Positions 1 to 4,159 of a stretch of 4,159 bases of DNA are shown here, in pieces. Within the stretch, counting starts at the first letter, position 1, and each line of letters starts with the position of its first letter. The position numbers and the translations under genes are program-made. Source of the stretch: a virus (taxonomy: Duplodnaviria > Heunggongvirae > Uroviricota > Caudoviricetes); the IMG/VR virus record IMGVR_UViG_2534681835_000023, positions 1 to 4,159 of that record; one strand, 5' to 3'. Under the pieces are notes generated by a model. It was given only the letters and a program-made list of their open reading frames with translations. It made no database searches and was not told the origin of the DNA.

Positions 1-747
1 CCGGTGAGCGTGGCCATCACTGCACACCCCGCGCCGGACCGGATACAGGTCAGCACCCTGCCTGATGGTGTGGAGACATACGGTGTATGGGGACTCTCCC
101 TGCCGTCACTGCGTCGTCGCCTGTTCCGCTGTGTCTCCGTCCGGGAAAACACGGACGGCACCTTTGCCATCACGGCGGTGCAGCACGTACCGGAAAAAGA
201 AGCCATCGTGGATAACGGGGCCAGCTTTGAGCCACTGTCCGGTTCGCTGAACAGCGTCATCCCGCCGGCTGTGCAGCACCTGACGGTGGAGGTGAGCGCG
301 GCTGACGGTCAGTATCTGGCACAGGCGAAATGGGACACGCCGCGGGTGGTGAAGGGCGTGCGCTTCAGTCTGCGCCTGACCAGCGGAAGCGGAGAAGACA
401 GCCGTCTGGTGACCACCGCCATCACTGCGGATACAGAGCATCGTTTCAGTGGTCTGCCGCTCGGGGAATACACCCTGACAGTCAGGGCGATTAACAGTTA
501 TGGCCAGCAGGGGGAACCGGCCACCACCACGTTCAGGATTAATGCACCTGCGGTACCCGCCACGATTGAGCTGACGCCGGGCTATTTTCAGATAACAGCG
601 GTCCCGCGTCTTGCGGTGTATGACCCGACGGTACAGTTTGAGTTCTGGTTTTCGGAGACAAAAAATCGCAGACACATCTCAGGTGGAAACCTCTGCCCGT
701 TATCTGGGGACCGGCAGTCAGTGGAGTGTATCCGGCCCGCACATTAA
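1..747 (+). CDS. J-like host-specificity protein, fragment A (frame 1, 5'-partial); J homology ends near 657
   Basis: Open frame from the window edge to TAA at 745-747. Residues ~85-180 ([10 protein letters not shown]...[26 protein letters not shown]) look like a fibronectin-III-like beta module of the kind found in J proteins. The last ~30 codons ([17 protein letters not shown]...) are out-of-frame read-through. Confidence 0.75.
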   Translation, partial: PVSVAITAHPAPDRIQVSTLPDGVETYGVWGLSLPSLRRRLFRCVSVRENTDGTFAITAVQHVPEKEAIVDNGASFEPLSGSLNSVIPPAVQHLTVEVSAADGQYLAQAKWDTPRVVKGVRFSLRLTSGSGEDSRLVTTAITADTEHRFSGLPLGEYTLTVRAINSYGQQGEPATTTFRINAPAVPATIELTPGYFQITAVPRLAVYDPTVQFEFWFSETKNRRHISGGNLCPLSGDRQSVECIRPAH

Positions 748-1357
748 GCCCGGGAAGGATTTCTGGTTTTACGTGCGCAGCGTCAACCTGGTGGGGAAAC
801 CTGCTTTTGTGGAAGCCAGTGGCCGGGCCAGCAATGATGCAGAAGGGTATCTGGGGCTGTTTCGGGAAAAAATAGGAAAACTGCATCTGGCTCAGGGGCT
901 GTGGGAGCTGATAGACAACAGCCAGCTTGCGGATAAGATGGCGGAGATGAAGACCTCCATCACCGAAACCCGCAATGAAATCACACAGAGGGTCAGTAAA
1001 ACGCTGGAGGACCAGAGCGCCACCATACAGCAGATACAGCGCGTGCAGAAGGACACAAATGATGACCTTGCTGCACTTTACATGCTGAAGCTACAGAAAA
1101 CAAAAAATGGCATACCCTATGTTGCCGGTATTGGAGCGGGGATTGAGGATACTGATGGCCAGCCCCTGAGCAACATACTGCTGCTGGCTGACCGTATCGC
1201 GATGATAAATCCGGAGAGCGGCAACAGCACGCCGTTATTTGTGGCGCAGGGGAATCAGCTGTTCATGAACGACGTGTTCCTGAAGCGACTGTTTGCGGTG
1301 AGTATCACGTCATCCGGCAACCCCCCGACGTTTTCCCTGACGCCGGAAGGGAGCTGA
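611..1357 (+). CDS. J-like host-specificity protein, fragment B (frame 2); J homology ~659..1351
   Basis: The frame-2 ORF carries the central J-like motifs. The listed start at 611 is a TTG inside the overlap with fragment A and is not a real initiation site. Confidence 0.7.
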   Translation: MRCMTRRYSLSSGFRRQKIADTSQVETSARYLGTGSQWSVSGPHIKPGKDFWFYVRSVNLVGKPAFVEASGRASNDAEGYLGLFREKIGKLHLAQGLWELIDNSQLADKMAEMKTSITETRNEITQRVSKTLEDQSATIQQIQRVQKDTNDDLAALYMLKLQKTKNGIPYVAGIGAGIEDTDGQPLSNILLLADRIAMINPESGNSTPLFVAQGNQLFMNDVFLKRLFAVSITSSGNPPTFSLTPEGS

Positions 1358-1482
1358 CAGCCAGGAACGCGGATATCAGCGGAGCAATTACCGCGAATAC
1401 CGGCACGCTCAATAATGTCACCATTAACGAGAACTGTGTCATCAGAGGGAAACTGTCTGCAAACCAGATTGAAGGCGACCTG

Positions 1483-1890
1483 GTGAAGACGGTGGGGAAA
1501 GCCTTTCCCCGGAATAACAGTTATGCCAGCGGGACGGTAACCGTCACAGTTTACGATGACCAGGGCTTCGACCGGCAGATCATCATTCCCCCGGTGCTGT
1601 TTCGCGGGACGAAACACCAGAATTTCAACAGCCCGAATCAGCAGTCGTACTGGTATTCCACCTGTAAGCTGCAGGTGCTGAAGAACGGGGTTGAGATTTT
1701 CCATGAACCGGCAACGGATGTCAGCCGGGTGTTCTCATCGGTGATAGATATGCCGGCAGGGCGGGGTCATGTCACCCTGACGTTTAATGTGTCGTCGGCC
1801 GGTGCGAACAACTGGACGCCGACAACGTACATCAGTGATTTACTGGTTGTGGTCATGAAAAAATCCACAGCAGGGATCAGTATCAGCTGA
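1483..1890 (+). CDS. J-like host-specificity protein, fragment C (frame 1), C-terminal putative receptor-binding region
   Basis: Frame 1 is open from 1192. J-like homology resumes at ~1351 ([29 protein letters not shown]...). The GTG at 1483 is only the first start codon in an ORF finder's sense. It ends at TGA 1888-1890, followed by an intrinsic terminator. Confidence 0.7.
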   Translation: MKTVGKAFPRNNSYASGTVTVTVYDDQGFDRQIIIPPVLFRGTKHQNFNSPNQQSYWYSTCKLQVLKNGVEIFHEPATDVSRVFSSVIDMPAGRGHVTLTFNVSSAGANNWTPTTYISDLLVVVMKKSTAGISIS

Positions 1891-1907
1891 ATTTTATAAC
1901 CCAGAAC

Positions 1908-1932
1908 GGGCGTCAGAAATGACGCCTTTTTT
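1908..1932 (+). terminator. Rho-independent terminator after the J-like gene
   Basis: Stem GGCGTCA (1909-1915), loop GAAA, stem TGACGCC (1920-1926), then TTTTTT (1927-1932). Confidence 0.75.
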
Positions 1933-1956
1933 ATTGCAGAAAAGCGAGAGGTAATT

Positions 1957-2556
1957 ATGCGTAAACTTTATGCCGCCATTTTGTCCGCAGCCATTTGTCT
2001 GGCCGTATCCGGTGCACCTGCATGGGCGTCTGAACATCAGTCCACGCTGAGCGCGGAGTACCTTCATGCCTCGACGAACGTTCCCGGCAGCGATGATCTG
2101 AACGGGATTAACGTGAAATACCGTTATGAGTTTACGGACACACTGGGGATGGTGACGTCATTCAGCTATGCAGGAGACAGGAATCGCCAGCTGACCCATT
2201 ACAGCGATACCCGCTGGCATGAAGGTTCCGTTCGTAACCGCTGGTTCAGCGTAATGGCGGGGCCGTCTGTGCGCGTGAATGAATGGTTCAGCGCGTATGC
2301 GATGGCGGGTGTGGCTTACAGCCGTGTGTCGACTTTCTCCGGGGATTATCTCCGCGTAACTGACAACAAGGGGAAAACGCACGATGTGCTGACCGGAAGT
2401 GATGACGGTCGCCACAGCAACACGTCTCTGGCGTGGGGGGCTGGCGTGCAGTTTAACCCGACCGAATCCGTGGCCATTGATATTGCTTATGAAGGCTCCG
2501 GCAGTGGCGACTGGCGCACTGACGGTTTCATCGTGGGTGTCGGTTATAAGTTCTGA
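1957..2556 (+). CDS. lom: Lom outer-membrane protein (Ail/Lom/OmpX/PagC family 8-stranded beta-barrel), prophage lysogenic-conversion moron
   Basis: 199-aa ORF with GAGAGG Shine-Dalgarno at 1946-1951, 5 nt before ATG 1957. N-terminal signal peptide MRKLYAAILSAAICLAVSGAPAWA with an AxA cleavage site. Near-identical at the N-terminus to lambda Lom as recalled. Alternating aromatic/hydrophobic beta-strand pattern and a C-terminal ...GVGYKF ending in Phe, the outer-membrane beta-signal. Confidence 0.93.
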   Translation: MRKLYAAILSAAICLAVSGAPAWASEHQSTLSAEYLHASTNVPGSDDLNGINVKYRYEFTDTLGMVTSFSYAGDRNRQLTHYSDTRWHEGSVRNRWFSVMAGPSVRVNEWFSAYAMAGVAYSRVSTFSGDYLRVTDNKGKTHDVLTGSDDGRHSNTSLAWGAGVQFNPTESVAIDIAYEGSGSGDWRTDGFIVGVGYKF

Positions 2557-2583
2557 TTAGCCAGGTAACTACAGTGTTATGAC

Positions 2584-2610
2584 AGCCCGCCGGTTCAGGC
2601 GGGCTTTTTT
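2584..2610 (+). terminator. Rho-independent terminator after lom
   Basis: Stem AGCCCGCC (2584-2591), loop GGTTCA, stem GGCGGGCT (2598-2605), then a T-run to 2610. Confidence 0.8.
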
Positions 2611-2621
2611 GTGGGGTGAAT

Positions 2622-3890
<1,269 letters not shown>

Positions 3891-3910
3891 CATGAACGTC
3901 TAAAAAACTT

Positions 3911-4159
3911 ATGCAGCGTCTGTGCGGGTACGGAAAGCATGATGACCGTGAACACGGGGAGTTACTTACAGCACAACTGCGTCTGGGGCCGGCAGACATC
4001 CTGGAGTCAGATGAGAATGGCATTATCCCGGAGCAGGACAGGGTAATCACGCAGGTGGTGATACTGGATGCGGATAAAAAGCAGATACAGTGCGTGGTAA
4101 GACCGCTGCAAATCCTGCGTGCTGACGGGACGTGGGAAAATGTTGGCGGGATGAAATAG
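3911..4159 (+). CDS. Hypothetical protein; diverged paralogue of the Stf-like C-terminal domain (possible alternative or remnant fibre-tip cassette)
   Basis: 82-aa ORF, ATG 3911 to TAG 4157-4159, with no clear Shine-Dalgarno sequence upstream. Residues ~20-75 (AQLRLGPADILESDENGIIPEQDRVITQVVILDADKKQIQCVVRPLQILRADGTWENV) align with the Stf C-terminus ([61 protein letters not shown]). A 14-nt identical core, cgtctggggccggc, sits at 3672-3685 and 3980-3993. Confidence 0.5.
   Translation: MQRLCGYGKHDDREHGELLTAQLRLGPADILESDENGIIPEQDRVITQVVILDADKKQIQCVVRPLQILRADGTWENVGGMK

Larger units (their letters stand above)
1..1890 (+). pseudogene. Host-specificity / tail-tip protein (lambda J-like), 3' portion, 5'-partial, interrupted by two frameshifts
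   Basis: Translations in frame 1 (1..~657), frame 2 (~659..~1351) and frame 1 again (~1351..1890) together read as one continuous lambda J-like C-terminal region, as recalled from memory of lambda J. Examples are FEFWFSE then [18 protein letters not shown], then [44 protein letters not shown], then [10 protein letters not shown] and [15 protein letters not shown]. Frame 1 stops at 745-747 and frame 2 stops at 1355-1357. The gene starts upstream of the window. Confidence 0.8.

Noticed and set aside
65-1704. ORFs overlapping the J-like gene: 65..250 (+), 106..675 (-), 539..886 (-), 1255..1704 (-).
   Set aside because: They are nested in or antisense to a region whose sense frames show strong J-like similarity. 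Their products are Arg-rich with no recognisable motifs, so they are ORF-finder artefacts.
1483-1890. Treating 1483..1890 as an independent small gene.
   Set aside because: The frame is open from 1192 and J-like homology continues from ~1351. The GTG at 1483 is internal to the J-like C-terminal domain.
1820-1956. A sigma-70 promoter for lom upstream of its start.
   Set aside because: Only weak hexamer candidates (for example TATAAC at 1895-1900) without a matching -35 at proper spacing, and they precede the terminator hairpin. This cannot be supported from sequence alone.
3891-3902. Mini-ORF ATGAACGTCTAA (M-N-V-stop) between stf and the downstream ORF.
   Set aside because: Three codons with no Shine-Dalgarno sequence; a chance occurrence.

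Overview
This window is the distal tail-fibre region of a lambdoid (lambda-like) siphovirus prophage, all on the + strand. It contains the 3' ~1.9 kb of a host-specificity (J-like) tail-tip gene, a lom outer-membrane protein gene bracketed by two intrinsic terminators, a side-tail-fibre (Stf-like) gene with a collagen-like domain, and a short downstream ORF. The J reading frame is broken by two compensating frameshifts (frame 1, then frame 2, then frame 1). The most unusual observation is that the downstream 82-aa ORF is a diverged paralogue of the Stf-like protein's own C-terminal domain. All family assignments come from reading the translations and from recalled knowledge of phage lambda J, Lom and Stf; no database search was run. 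No tRNA, rRNA, CRISPR array, integrase or transposase is evident.
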